A DNA stretch of 62,472 bases, from positions 1 to 62,472 of the forward strand of contig JAGPKU010000005.1 of NCBI GenBank assembly GCA_018053845.1. Direction: 5' to 3'. The notes beneath the pieces are model-generated. The model was not told the DNA's origin and did not search any database. It worked only from the letters and a program-made list of their open reading frames with translations. Both the position numbers and the translations under genes were made by a program. This stretch comes from Syntrophobacterales bacterium. GTDB taxonomy: Bacteria > Desulfobacterota > Syntrophia > Syntrophales > UBA2192. Shown here piece after piece: positions 28,202 through 36,979 of this stretch (positions are counted from its first letter, which is position 1; every line of letters starts with the position of its first letter).

Positions 28202-29011
28202 ATGCGGAGCATTGCGGAAACAATCGAAGCCCGGATGGACCCCGAACTGCAGGGGATCCTCCACGAGGCGGGCATCCTTGCCGAAGCCATGGGGTTCGGC
28301 GCCTATGCCGTGGGGGGGACGGTGCGGGACCTGCTCCTGGGCCGGGGCAACCTCGACTTGGACATCGTCGTCGAGGGGGAGGGGATCCGGTTCGCCGCGG
28401 CACTCGCCGGGAAGCTGCGCGCGCGGCTGAAGGGCTACGAGAGGTTCGGCACGGCCACGATCACGCTCCCCGCGGGCCTCAAGGTGGATGTCGCCACGGC
28501 CCGCACGGAGATCTACGACGCGCCCGCGGCGCTGCCCCGCGTGACGCCGGGGTCCATCCGGGAAGACCTTTTCCGCCGGGATTTCACGATCAACGCGATG
28601 GCCGCGGCGCTTGCGCCCGCGGAATTCGGGCGCCTGCTCGACGAGTTCGGCGGGGTCCGCGACATCGCGGAGGGCAACGTCCGGGTCCTGCACGGGCGGA
28701 GCTTCATCGACGACCCGACGAGGATCTTCCGGGCCGTCCGGTTCGAGACGAGGCTCGGCTTCCGGATCGTTGCGGCCGACGAGGTGCGGATCGGCGAGGC
28801 CCTTTCGCTCGGCCTGCTGGAAAAATTGGAGGCGTACCGGATCGCCGCCGAGCTGAGGCTGATCCTCCGGGAACCCGACCCCGCGGCAACGCTGCAGAGG
28901 CTGGCGCGCCTCGGCGTCCTCGATGCCCTCGAGGGCCTGCGGCAGGGACGCCTCTGCCTCGGCCGGCCGCTGGCAAAGATCCGGCGGATCCTGGAAGCGG
29001 CCGGGCACTGA
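28202..29011 (+). CDS. short tRNA nucleotidyltransferase / poly(A) polymerase family protein (head domain only)
   Basis: The 269-aa product has the PolyA_pol head motifs AYAVGGTVRDLLLGRGNLDLDIVV and FRRDFTINAMA, plus DDPTRIFRAVRF. The usual C-terminal body and tail domains are absent. Confidence 0.75.
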   Translation: MRSIAETIEARMDPELQGILHEAGILAEAMGFGAYAVGGTVRDLLLGRGNLDLDIVVEGEGIRFAAALAGKLRARLKGYERFGTATITLPAGLKVDVATARTEIYDAPAALPRVTPGSIREDLFRRDFTINAMAAALAPAEFGRLLDEFGGVRDIAEGNVRVLHGRSFIDDPTRIFRAVRFETRLGFRIVAADEVRIGEALSLGLLEKLEAYRIAAELRLILREPDPAATLQRLARLGVLDALEGLRQGRLCLGRPLAKIRRILEAAGH

Positions 29012-29054
29012 GGAAAATTGCCGTGTTTTTTCTTGAACTTGGCCTTGCTTGCCG

Positions 29055-29083
29055 TTGACAGGGGCAGGCATTTCTGTTATACG
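29055..29083 (+). promoter_or_regulatory. candidate sigma-70 promoter for trpS-scpAB-rluB
   Basis: TTGACA (29055-29060), a 17-nt spacer and TATACG (29078-29083). The -10 box ends about 55 nt upstream of the trpS ATG. Confidence 0.5.
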
Positions 29084-29137
29084 AGCGGGGCGCCCGGGTC
29101 CATGCCCGGGCGATTTCCGATGCGTCGAAGAGGGGAC

Positions 29138-30130
29138 ATGGCAACGAAACGAAGAATCCTGAGCGGGATCCGGCCGACGGGCAAGCTCCACCTCGGCAAC
29201 TACCTCGGCGCCCTGAAGAACTGGGTGGACCTCCAGAACGACGGCGGCTACGAGTGCTTCTACTTCATCGCCGACTGGCACGCGCTGACATCGGACTACA
29301 ACCGGACGGAAGAAATCCGCCAGAACCGGATCGATATCGTCATCGACTGGCTTGCCGCCGGGCTCGACCCCGCGCAGAGCACCCTCTTCGTGCAGTCCTC
29401 CGTCAAGGAGCACGCCGAGCTCTTCGTGCTGCTGTGCATGATCACCCCTCTGCCCTGGCTCGAGCGAAACCCCACGTACAAGGAGATGAAGCAGGAGCTC
29501 GTCGACCGGGACCTCTCCACCTTCGGGTTCCTGGGCTACCCGGTCCTCCAGGCGGCGGACATCATCATGTACAAGGCCTACGGCGTGCCGGTGGGGGTCG
29601 ACCAGCTGCCGCACGTCGAGCTGACCCGCGAGATCGCCCGGAGGTTCAATTTCCTGTACCGCGAGATCTTCCCGATCCCCGAGCCGCTCCTGACGGAGGT
29701 GCCGAAGCTGCTGGGCATCGACGGCCGCAAGATGAGCAAGTCCTACGACAACGCGATCTACCTGAGCGACCGCGGGGAGGAGCTGCGCCGGAAGATCGAG
29801 TCCATGTTCACCGACCCGCAGCGGCAGCGCAAGAGCGACCCCGGCCGTCCGGAGATCTGCAACGTCTTTGCCTTCCACAATCTCTACTCGTCGGCCGAGG
29901 ACGTCGCAGAGATCGACCGGGACTGCCGCAGGGCGGCCATCGGCTGCGTGCAGTGCAAGAAGCGGCTGGCCCGGCGCGTCGCGGAAGGGCTCGGGCCGAT
30001 CCACGACAGGCAGGAATACTACCGCTCGCACCTGCCGGAAGTCCGCGAGATCATCGCCGACGGGGACGAGCGGGCCCGGCGGGTGGCCCGGGCGACGATG
30101 GCCGAGGTCCGAGAGGCCGTCCGGATCTGA
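29138..30130 (+). CDS. trpS: tryptophan--tRNA ligase
   Basis: The track ORF is trimmed to ATG 29138. The product begins MATKRRILSGIRPTGKLHLGNYLGAL (HIGH-type motif) and has the KMSKS motif. Confidence 0.93.
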   Translation: MATKRRILSGIRPTGKLHLGNYLGALKNWVDLQNDGGYECFYFIADWHALTSDYNRTEEIRQNRIDIVIDWLAAGLDPAQSTLFVQSSVKEHAELFVLLCMITPLPWLERNPTYKEMKQELVDRDLSTFGFLGYPVLQAADIIMYKAYGVPVGVDQLPHVELTREIARRFNFLYREIFPIPEPLLTEVPKLLGIDGRKMSKSYDNAIYLSDRGEELRRKIESMFTDPQRQRKSDPGRPEICNVFAFHNLYSSAEDVAEIDRDCRRAAIGCVQCKKRLARRVAEGLGPIHDRQEYYRSHLPEVREIIADGDERARRVARATMAEVREAVRI

Positions 30131-30135
30131 TCGCC

Positions 30136-30867
30136 ATGAGCTACGAGGTCAAACTCGACATCTTTGAGGGGCCCCTCGATCTTCTCCTGTACCTGATCCG
30201 GAAGAACGAGATCGACATCTACAACATCCCCATGGCCCTCATCACGGAGCAGTATCTCGAGCATCTCGAGATGATGAAGGCCCTCAATCTCGACCTGGCC
30301 GGGGAGTACCTGGTGCTGGCGGCGACCCTGATCCACATCAAGTCGAGGATGCTCCTGCCCGTCGAGGAGGGCCCGGCCGGGCCGGAGGAGGAGCAGGACC
30401 CGCGGGCGGAGCTGGTGCGGCAGCTCCTGGAGTACCAGGCCTTCAAGGAGGCGGCCCTCAGCCTCGACAAGCGGCGCATGCTGGACCGGGACGTCTTCAA
30501 GCGCGTCGTGTCCGTCGACGAGGTTCCCGACGAGCCGGAAGAGGCGATGATGGAGGTGAGCCTCTTCGATCTCATCGAGGCCTTCAAGCAGGTTGTGGGG
30601 CGGCTGGACAAGGAAGACCTCCTGGAGATCGACACGGAGCGGATCTCGCTGTCCGACCGGATCAACGAGATCCTCGAGGAACTCGAGCGGGAGAAGAGCC
30701 TCTCCTTCACCGATCTGCTCAAGGCCGGCCGCACCCGCAAGAGCATCATCTACACGCTGCTGGCCATCCTGGAGCTCATGAAGATGCGCGTGGTCAGGGC
30801 CTTTCAGTCCGATCCCTTCGGGCCGATCCGAATATTCCCGGCGGTGGAGGAATCAACCGATGGATGA
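30136..30867 (+). CDS. scpA: segregation and condensation protein A
   Basis: This is the tail of track ORF 29254..30867, read from ATG 30136: MSYEVKLDIFEGPLDLLLYLIRKNEIDIYNIPMALITEQYLEHL. Confidence 0.9.
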   Translation: MSYEVKLDIFEGPLDLLLYLIRKNEIDIYNIPMALITEQYLEHLEMMKALNLDLAGEYLVLAATLIHIKSRMLLPVEEGPAGPEEEQDPRAELVRQLLEYQAFKEAALSLDKRRMLDRDVFKRVVSVDEVPDEPEEAMMEVSLFDLIEAFKQVVGRLDKEDLLEIDTERISLSDRINEILEELEREKSLSFTDLLKAGRTRKSIIYTLLAILELMKMRVVRAFQSDPFGPIRIFPAVEESTDG

Positions 30868-31381
30868 CATGCGATCCGTTGTCGAGGCGCTGGTGTTCGC
30901 CTCGGAGACGCCCGTCTCGGTGGACCGTTTGCGGGACGTCCTGGGGGAGGTGGATCGAAAGGCGGTCCTCGAGATCCTGCAGGACATCGAGCTGGAGTAC
31001 CGGCAGCGCCGCGGCGGGCTGTGCCTCATGGAAGTGGCCGGGGGATACCAGTTCAGGACCAAGGCGGAGTTCTCGCCCTGGATCCGCAAGCTCAGGGGGA
31101 TCCGTCCCGCGGCCCTGACGCCCGCGGCCATGGAGACCCTCTCCGTCGTCGCCTACCGGCAGCCCGTGACCCGGCAGGAGATCGAGAAGATCCGCGGGGT
31201 CGACGTGAGCGGCTCCCTGAAGGGCCTGCTGGAGAAGAAGCTCGTCCGGATCGTGGGCCGCAAGAACGTCCCCGGCAAACCCATCATGTACGGCACGACG
31301 AAGCGCTTCCTCGAGGTCTTCGACCTGAAGGACCTCTCGGAGCTGCCCACGCTGCGGGAGATCACGGAGATGGAGGAATAG
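30860..31381 (+). CDS. scpB: segregation and condensation protein B
   Basis: The 173-aa product has VEALVFASETPVSVDRL and ETLSVVAYRQPVTRQEIEKIRGV. It overlaps scpA by 8 nt. Confidence 0.9.
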   Translation: MDDMRSVVEALVFASETPVSVDRLRDVLGEVDRKAVLEILQDIELEYRQRRGGLCLMEVAGGYQFRTKAEFSPWIRKLRGIRPAALTPAAMETLSVVAYRQPVTRQEIEKIRGVDVSGSLKGLLEKKLVRIVGRKNVPGKPIMYGTTKRFLEVFDLKDLSELPTLREITEMEE

Positions 31382-31385
31382 CCCC

Positions 31386-32114
31386 ATGGAGGAGCGGCTC
31401 CAGAAGATCATCGCCGCGGCGGGCGTCTGCTCGAGGCGGGCGGCCGAGGAGCTGATCCTCGCGGGGAAGGTGCAGGTCAACGACCGGGTCGTGCGGCAGC
31501 TGGGCACCCGGGCCGACCCCGGGCGCGACGAGATCCGTGTCGAGGGGCGCCTGATCACAACCGAGGTGGAGCGCGTCTACCTGATGCTCAACAAGCCCGC
31601 CGGGTACGTGACGACGCTCAAGGACCCCGAGGGACGGCCGATCGTCACCGACCTGCTGCACGACGTCCCCGAGCGCGTCTACCCCGTGGGAAGGCTGGAT
31701 TACGACTCCGAGGGCCTTCTGCTGCTGACCAACGACGGCGCCTTCGCCGAGCGCATCCAGCACCCACGTTACGCGATCCCGCGCACCTACCTGGTGAAGG
31801 TGCGCGGCAGGGTCGCCCGCAAGGACATTCAGGCGCTCATGGGCGGGGTCGAGCTGGAAGACGGGCCTTTCAAGGTCGACGGGATCCAGGAGGAGAAGTT
31901 CAACGAAAAGAGCCAGTGGCTCCGCGTCACCATCTCCGAGGGCCGCAACCGGATCATCCGGCGGGCCATGGAGGCCCTGGGCCATCCCGTGGCGAGACTC
32001 ATCCGCATCTCCATCGGGAACCTGGAGATGGGCAGCCTCAAGCCGGGCGAGGTTCGCCGGCTGCGCAGGAGGGACGTCGAGGGGCTCCTGCGGCCCCGGC
32101 CGAAAAAAGGATAA
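31386..32114 (+). CDS. rluB: 23S rRNA pseudouridine synthase (RluB/RsuA family, S4 domain)
   Basis: The 242-aa product has LQKIIAAAGVCSRRAAEELILAGKVQVN and the catalytic motif VYPVGRLDYDSEGLLLLTNDG. Confidence 0.85.
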   Translation: MEERLQKIIAAAGVCSRRAAEELILAGKVQVNDRVVRQLGTRADPGRDEIRVEGRLITTEVERVYLMLNKPAGYVTTLKDPEGRPIVTDLLHDVPERVYPVGRLDYDSEGLLLLTNDGAFAERIQHPRYAIPRTYLVKVRGRVARKDIQALMGGVELEDGPFKVDGIQEEKFNEKSQWLRVTISEGRNRIIRRAMEALGHPVARLIRISIGNLEMGSLKPGEVRRLRRRDVEGLLRPRPKKG

Positions 32115-32122
32115 AAATGTTC

Positions 32123-32152
32123 TTGACATTCCGGGATGACCGAAACTAATAT
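32123..32152 (+). promoter_or_regulatory. candidate sigma-70 promoter for the IHF-like gene
   Basis: TTGACA (32123-32128), an 18-nt spacer and TAATAT (32147-32152), located in an AT-rich intergenic stretch. Confidence 0.5.
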
Positions 32153-32236
32153 CCAATGAAAACGCGTAATTAATCCCTTTTTACTACGAATCGACAAGCC
32201 CTTGGGGCTTATTCCGCTCAATACGGGGGGGGGACC

Positions 32237-32554
32237 ATGAACAAGTCGGGATTGATCGAGGAACTGGCAAGGAGGGAGAACCTGACGGAGAAGAAGGCCA
32301 CGGACGTGGTCAATCTCATTTTCAAGGGGTTCACGGAAGAGCTCAAGAATAACGGGAGGATCGAGATCCGCGGGCTGGGGAGCTTCGTCGTGCGCAACTA
32401 CGAGTCCTACACGGGACGAAACCCCAAGACGGGCATGAACATCACCGTCTCGCCGAAGCGCCTTCCCTTCTTCAAGGTCGGCAAGGAGCTTCGCGACAAG
32501 GTCAACCTGGAGGACGACAGAGAAAGCGGCAAGGAAGGCAACATCACGGAATGA
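32237..32554 (+). CDS. ihfB: integration host factor beta-like (HU/IHF family) protein
   Basis: The 105-aa product begins MNKSGLIEELARRENLTEKKATDVVNLIFKGFTEELKNNGRIEIRGLGSFVVRNYESYTGRNPKTG...FKVGKELRDKVN. Confidence 0.8.
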   Translation: MNKSGLIEELARRENLTEKKATDVVNLIFKGFTEELKNNGRIEIRGLGSFVVRNYESYTGRNPKTGMNITVSPKRLPFFKVGKELRDKVNLEDDRESGKEGNITE

Positions 32555-32597
32555 CTCCGTTCCCTCGAGACGAGACCCGCCGGAACGAGGGAAAACA

Positions 32598-32627
32598 GGG
32601 ATCATGATCCGATGATCCCTTTTTTTG
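32598..32627 (+). terminator. rho-independent terminator after the IHF-like gene
   Basis: GGGATCAT-gatccg-ATGATCCC is followed by TTTTTTT. Confidence 0.8.
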
Positions 32628-32630
32628 TTT

Positions 32631-33515
32631 ATGGGCCTCAAATCCAGCGTTCGCCGAATCCTTTCGAGCCCCCGGTTCAACCACCCCCTGGTCCCGGCGG
32701 GGCTCTTCGCCGTGACCGTCCTGACGACCCTGACGGCCGGGGCCCTGCAGGCCGGCGTGAACCCCATCGAGAACCCCTCGGAGATCTGGAAGGGCATCCC
32801 CTTCTCGTTCACGCTGCTGCTCATCCTGGGCTGCCACGAACTGGGCCACTGGGTGGCCTCCCGGCGGCACGGCGTCGATGTCAGCTTCCCCTATTTCATC
32901 CCGGGGCCCACCCTCGTGGGGACCTTCGGGGCCTTCATCGCCATGAAATCCCCGGTCGCGGACCGCAACGCCCTCATCGACATCGGGGCGGCGGGGCCTC
33001 TGGCGGGCCTTGCTGTGACCATCCCCGTGCTGTTCGCGGGCCTGGCCCTTTCGCAGGTCGTGCCGGCGGCGCAGACCGAAGGGGCCGGCATCCACCTCGG
33101 CGAGTGCGCCCTCTTCTCGGCCGTCAACTGGCTCGTCAACGGCACGATCGGTCCCGAGCAGGACGTGATCCTGCACCCCATGGCCTTCGCCGGCTGGATC
33201 GGCATGCTCGTGACCTCCCTGAACCTCATCCCCGTGGGGCAGCTCGACGGCGGGCACATCGTCTACGCGATCTTCGGGCCCCGCCAGCGCGAGGTGGCCT
33301 GGATGGTCGTGGGGATGCTGCTGGTGCTGGGCATCGTGGGCTGGGAGGGGTGGCTCATCTGGGGCGGGATCCTGCTCGTCCTGGGCGTGCGGCACCCGCC
33401 GGTGATTTACGACTGGGGGGAGCTCGACAACCGGCGCCTGGCCGTGGGCTACCTGGCCATGTTTTGCTTTGCGATCACCTTCACCCCGATCCCCTTCTCG
33501 AGTATAAATCTCTGA
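32631..33515 (+). CDS. site-2 protease family (peptidase M50) membrane metalloprotease
   Basis: The track ORF (TTG 32625) is trimmed to ATG 32631. The HExxH motif sits in a TM helix (LLILGCHELGHWVASRRHG), and the protein has multiple TM segments. Confidence 0.8.
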   Translation: MGLKSSVRRILSSPRFNHPLVPAGLFAVTVLTTLTAGALQAGVNPIENPSEIWKGIPFSFTLLLILGCHELGHWVASRRHGVDVSFPYFIPGPTLVGTFGAFIAMKSPVADRNALIDIGAAGPLAGLAVTIPVLFAGLALSQVVPAAQTEGAGIHLGECALFSAVNWLVNGTIGPEQDVILHPMAFAGWIGMLVTSLNLIPVGQLDGGHIVYAIFGPRQREVAWMVVGMLLVLGIVGWEGWLIWGGILLVLGVRHPPVIYDWGELDNRRLAVGYLAMFCFAITFTPIPFSSINL

Positions 33516-33516
33516 T

Positions 33517-33696
33517 AAACGCGGTCAGAATTCTGCCTGCGAACAGACGGTTTCAGACCGCTCCAACGCTCGCTCCACTGCAGGCGCAAAAAATCGCCCT
33601 CCGGGCTCAGACAATTTGCGCTGCGGCCGTTGCGCTTCGCGAAGAGCGGTTGCCTGAAACGCGCCTGACTTCGCAGTTCAGAATCCTGACCGCGTT
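33517..33696. repeat. ~180-bp long imperfect palindrome (MITE-like or structured element) between convergent genes
   Basis: The terminal inverted repeats AAACGCGGTCAGAATTCTG (33517-33535) and CAGAATCCTGACCGCGTT (33679-33696) match at 17 of 18 paired positions. Further arm-to-arm matches (TGCGAA, GTTTCAG, ACCGCTC, GCAG(G)CGCAAA) run in to the centre. Confidence 0.7.
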
Positions 33697-33734
33697 CTTT
33701 CACGGGCATGACCCCTGGCCCCTGTCGCCCGTTT

Positions 33735-34421
33735 TTACAGGATACCCTCTTCCCGGAAGCTGAAGAAGCGGTTGCCGCCGACGATGAGGTGGTCGTGCAG
33801 CGCGATGTCCATGACGCGGGCCGCGTCCTGGAGGATCCGCGTGAGGCGGATGTCCGCGTCGGAGGGGCGCACGTGGCCAGAGGGGTGATTGTGGACGAGG
33901 ATGATGGCCGACGCCTTGTGCGCGAGGGCCTTTTCGAGGACCTTCCGCGGGTAGACGACGGCCTGGTTCACGATCCCTTCCTGGATGGTCTCGACCCGGA
34001 TGATGCGGTTGCGGGCGTTGAGGCAGATGACGGCGAAGTGCTCGTCCTGGAGTCCGCCCATGGAGGCGAGGCAGTAGTCGATCAGTTCCTTCGTCGAGGA
34101 GATCTGCTCGCGCTCCTCCGCCCGCTGCCGCAGGGAGAGGGCGGCGACCTCGCGGACGATGCCGAAGAGAACGGCCGCGTGGCGACCAATGCCCGGGGTT
34201 GCCTGCAGGGCCCCGCGATCGGCGTCGAGCACCCCCTTGAGGGAGCCGAAGCGCTTCAGCAGCTCCTTCGCCAGCGGCTTCACGTCCCTGCGGGGCAGGG
34301 CATAGAAGAGCAGAAGCTCCAGGACCTCGTATTCCTGCAGGCCGGAGATCCCCGCCCGCTCGAAGCGGGCCTTGAGCCTCTCGCGGTGCCCGAGGTGGTG
34401 GGGTTCGCCGTTGTTCATCAC
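33735..34421 (-). CDS. radC: RadC-family JAB-domain protein
   Basis: The 228-aa product begins HHLGHRERLKARF..., has an HhH region, and has the JAMM motif AIILVHNHPSGHVRPSDAD. Confidence 0.88.
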   Translation of the reverse strand: MMNNGEPHHLGHRERLKARFERAGISGLQEYEVLELLLFYALPRRDVKPLAKELLKRFGSLKGVLDADRGALQATPGIGRHAAVLFGIVREVAALSLRQRAEEREQISSTKELIDYCLASMGGLQDEHFAVICLNARNRIIRVETIQEGIVNQAVVYPRKVLEKALAHKASAIILVHNHPSGHVRPSDADIRLTRILQDAARVMDIALHDHLIVGGNRFFSFREEGIL

Positions 34422-34431
34422 GACACCGTTC

Positions 34432-35289
34432 TCATGATTTCAGCCGGAAGAGCCGCAGCCCCACGGCCGATGAGAGGTAAACCGCTCCGGCGATCACGAT
34501 GATGGTCGCCCCGGCGGGCCAGTTGGGCCCGTAACTCACGGCAAGACCGGCGGTCGTAAAAACGACGGTCAGGATGGCCGACAGGACCATCATGTGCCAC
34601 AGCCTCTTCGTGAACTCGCCGGCCACGGCCGCCGGCAGGGTGATCAGGGCGATGACCATGATGATCCCCACGACGGTGACGAGCAGCACGACCGTGAGGG
34701 CCGTGAGGCAGAGCAGCAAGAGATAGAACCACTCGACGCGGACCCCCCGCAGACGGGCGAATTCCTCGTCGAAGCACAACGCGAGAAACTGGTTGTAAAA
34801 GAGTGCGCCGACGGCCACGACCGCGAGGTCGAGACCGGCGATCAGCCAGAGGTCCCGTTCGGAGACCATCAGGATGCTCCCGAAGAGATAGCTCATCAGG
34901 TCTTCGTTGTAGCCCGGTGTCTGGGAGATGAAGAGGATGCCCGCCGCCATGCCGATGGCCCAGAGGGCGCCGATGACGGTATCCTCCCGCTGACGGGCCT
35001 TCATGCTGACCAGCCCGATGACGACGGCCGCGAGCAGGGCGGCCGCGACGGCGCCCCAGAGGGGGGTGCACCAGTCCCAGCGGTGCACCACCTGGAAATA
35101 GCGCGCCGCGCCGAGACCGCCGAGCACGGTATGCGCGATGCTCCCCGCGATGGTGCTGATTTTCTTCGTGACGACGTAGCTCCCGACGATCCCGCAGGCC
35201 ACGCCTGCGAGCACCCCGGCGATCAGGGCATGCTGGAGAAAGGGGTAGCGTGTCAGGTCGGACAGAAATTCGCCCATGGGGTTGTTCAT
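34432..35289 (-). CDS. znuB: zinc/manganese ABC transporter permease
   Basis: The 285-aa polytopic membrane protein matches the ABC-3 family pattern (FLQHALIAGVLAGVACGIVGSYVV...). Confidence 0.8.
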   Translation of the reverse strand: MNNPMGEFLSDLTRYPFLQHALIAGVLAGVACGIVGSYVVTKKISTIAGSIAHTVLGGLGAARYFQVVHRWDWCTPLWGAVAAALLAAVVIGLVSMKARQREDTVIGALWAIGMAAGILFISQTPGYNEDLMSYLFGSILMVSERDLWLIAGLDLAVVAVGALFYNQFLALCFDEEFARLRGVRVEWFYLLLLCLTALTVVLLVTVVGIIMVIALITLPAAVAGEFTKRLWHMMVLSAILTVVFTTAGLAVSYGPNWPAGATIIVIAGAVYLSSAVGLRLFRLKS

Positions 35290-35292
35290 CCC

Positions 35293-36042
35293 TTATCCGT
35301 GGCGGTGATGGTGCCGGACCATGCAGACATCGGACAGGTAGAGGTCGCGGATCACCTCTCCCGTCACCGAGGAGGTTGGATGCACCATCACCCGGCGATT
35401 GACGCACACCACGGCTTGGACATAATGGGAGACGAATCCCAGGTCGTGGCTGACCACGACCACGGTGATGGTCCTGCTCATGTCGTGGAGCAATTCGAAA
35501 AGCCCCGTTTCCGCCGCCGGATCGACATTCGCCGTCGGTTCGTCCAGGAGCAGCATCTCCGGTTCGCAGGCCAGGGCGCGGGCAATGAGCACGCGCTGGC
35601 GCTGGCCGCCGGAGAGGGCCATGAACGGCCGGTCCTCGAGGTCCTCCATCTCCAGTTTTCGCAACGCGTCGAGGGCGGCGGCCCGGTCGTGCCTGCTGTA
35701 GGGGCCCCACCCCGTCCCCTTGCCCATTCGGCCCATGAGAACGACATCGAGAACGCTCACGGGAAACTGGGGGTCGAGCTGTACGTGCTGGGGCATGTAT
35801 CCGATGCGGGTGCGCGCCCGGGCGGGACTCGTCCCGAGGACCTCCAGGGTTCCGCGTGACGGCTCGAGCAGCCCCAGCATCAGCTTCAGCAGGGTGGTTT
35901 TCCCGCCGCCGTTGGGGCCGACGATGGAGACGAACGCCCTTTCCGGGATCGTGAAACGAACATCCTCCAGAACCGGGACCCCGTCATAGGAGAAAGTCAC
36001 ATCGCTGACGGTGACGACGTTTTTTCCGTTCATGGCGCTCAT
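35293..36042 (-). CDS. znuC: zinc/manganese ABC transporter ATP-binding protein
   Basis: The track ORF is trimmed to ATG 36040-36042, which forms an ATGA overlap with the znuA stop. The product has Walker A GPNGGGKTT, the signature LSGGQRQR and a His-rich C-terminus HHHRHG. Confidence 0.85.
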   Translation of the reverse strand: MSAMNGKNVVTVSDVTFSYDGVPVLEDVRFTIPERAFVSIVGPNGGGKTTLLKLMLGLLEPSRGTLEVLGTSPARARTRIGYMPQHVQLDPQFPVSVLDVVLMGRMGKGTGWGPYSRHDRAAALDALRKLEMEDLEDRPFMALSGGQRQRVLIARALACEPEMLLLDEPTANVDPAAETGLFELLHDMSRTITVVVVSHDLGFVSHYVQAVVCVNRRVMVHPTSSVTGEVIRDLYLSDVCMVRHHHRHG

Positions 36043-36941
36043 CGCAGGCCCTGCTCGACGGCGGCGGCCGTTCTTTCGAGGTTGGCGAGGTAATCCTTCG
36101 CCAGGGGGTCGATCGGGACGACGGCGCCTCCGATCGCCTTCGCCACCACCCCGGCGCTCTTGTCCGAAAACTGCTTCTGGACGAAGATCACGCGGACCCC
36201 GTCCTTTTTCGCCCGTTCGATCAGGTTCGCCAGCTGCCGGGCCCCGGGTTCCTTCCCCTCGATCTCGATGGGCACCTGGATCAGCCCGTACGCGTCGGCA
36301 AAATACCCGAAGGCGGGGTGAAACACGTACATCTTCCGCCCCCGGATCGGGGCGAGCGAGCGGGCGATCCGGGCATCGAGCCGGTCGAGATCCTCCCGGA
36401 AGGATTGCAGGTTCGCGCCGTAGGATTGCCTGTGGTCCGGGTCCAGGCGGCACAGGGCGTCGTGGATGTTCTGAGCCTGGATCTGCACGAGCTTCGGGGA
36501 CATCCAGACGTGGGGGTCGGGCATCTCGGCGTGTCGGCCTTCCCGTGCCCTCCCGTGCCCGTCGTCCCGGTGATCGTGACCGGCCAGGCTGCGGAGGGGG
36601 ACCCCCTGCCGGGTATCGACGAGGACGAGGTCCCGGTGGGACCGCCCGATCTTCTGCACGAGGCCTTTCTCGAAGCCGACGCCGATGAGGAACCAGGCCT
36701 TTGCCCCGGTCAGCCGGGCCATCTGTTTCGGCGTCGGCTCGTAGGTGTGCGGCGACTGACCCTCGCCGACGAGAACCTCGACATAAACCCGGTCCCCGCC
36801 GATCCGCTCGAGAAAATAGGCCTGGGGGAGGATGCTCACAAACACGGTGATCCGGGGCTTCTGCGCCTGCCCGGAAGGCGGCGGCCACGGGGCCGCGACG
36901 AGAGCCAAAACCAGGAAAGATGTGATCGCAGTCTTTTTCAT
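36039..36941 (-). CDS. znuA: zinc ABC transporter periplasmic substrate-binding protein
   Basis: The track ORF is trimmed to ATG 36939-36941, which has GGGAG upstream. The signal peptide is MKKTAITSFLVLALVAAP. The His/Asp-rich loop GHDHRDDGHGRAREGRH is typical of ZnuA. Confidence 0.8.
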   Translation of the reverse strand: MKKTAITSFLVLALVAAPWPPPSGQAQKPRITVFVSILPQAYFLERIGGDRVYVEVLVGEGQSPHTYEPTPKQMARLTGAKAWFLIGVGFEKGLVQKIGRSHRDLVLVDTRQGVPLRSLAGHDHRDDGHGRAREGRHAEMPDPHVWMSPKLVQIQAQNIHDALCRLDPDHRQSYGANLQSFREDLDRLDARIARSLAPIRGRKMYVFHPAFGYFADAYGLIQVPIEIEGKEPGARQLANLIERAKKDGVRVIFVQKQFSDKSAGVVAKAIGGAVVPIDPLAKDYLANLERTAAAVEQGLR

Positions 36942-36979
36942 CGACAATCTCCCTGACGACCGGCGGGCCTCGTCGCCCG

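Noticed and set aside
33449-33709. The 86-aa minus-strand ORF over the long palindrome.
   Set aside because: It lies entirely within the MITE-like palindromic element and the tail of the M50 gene. Its composition and context are implausible.
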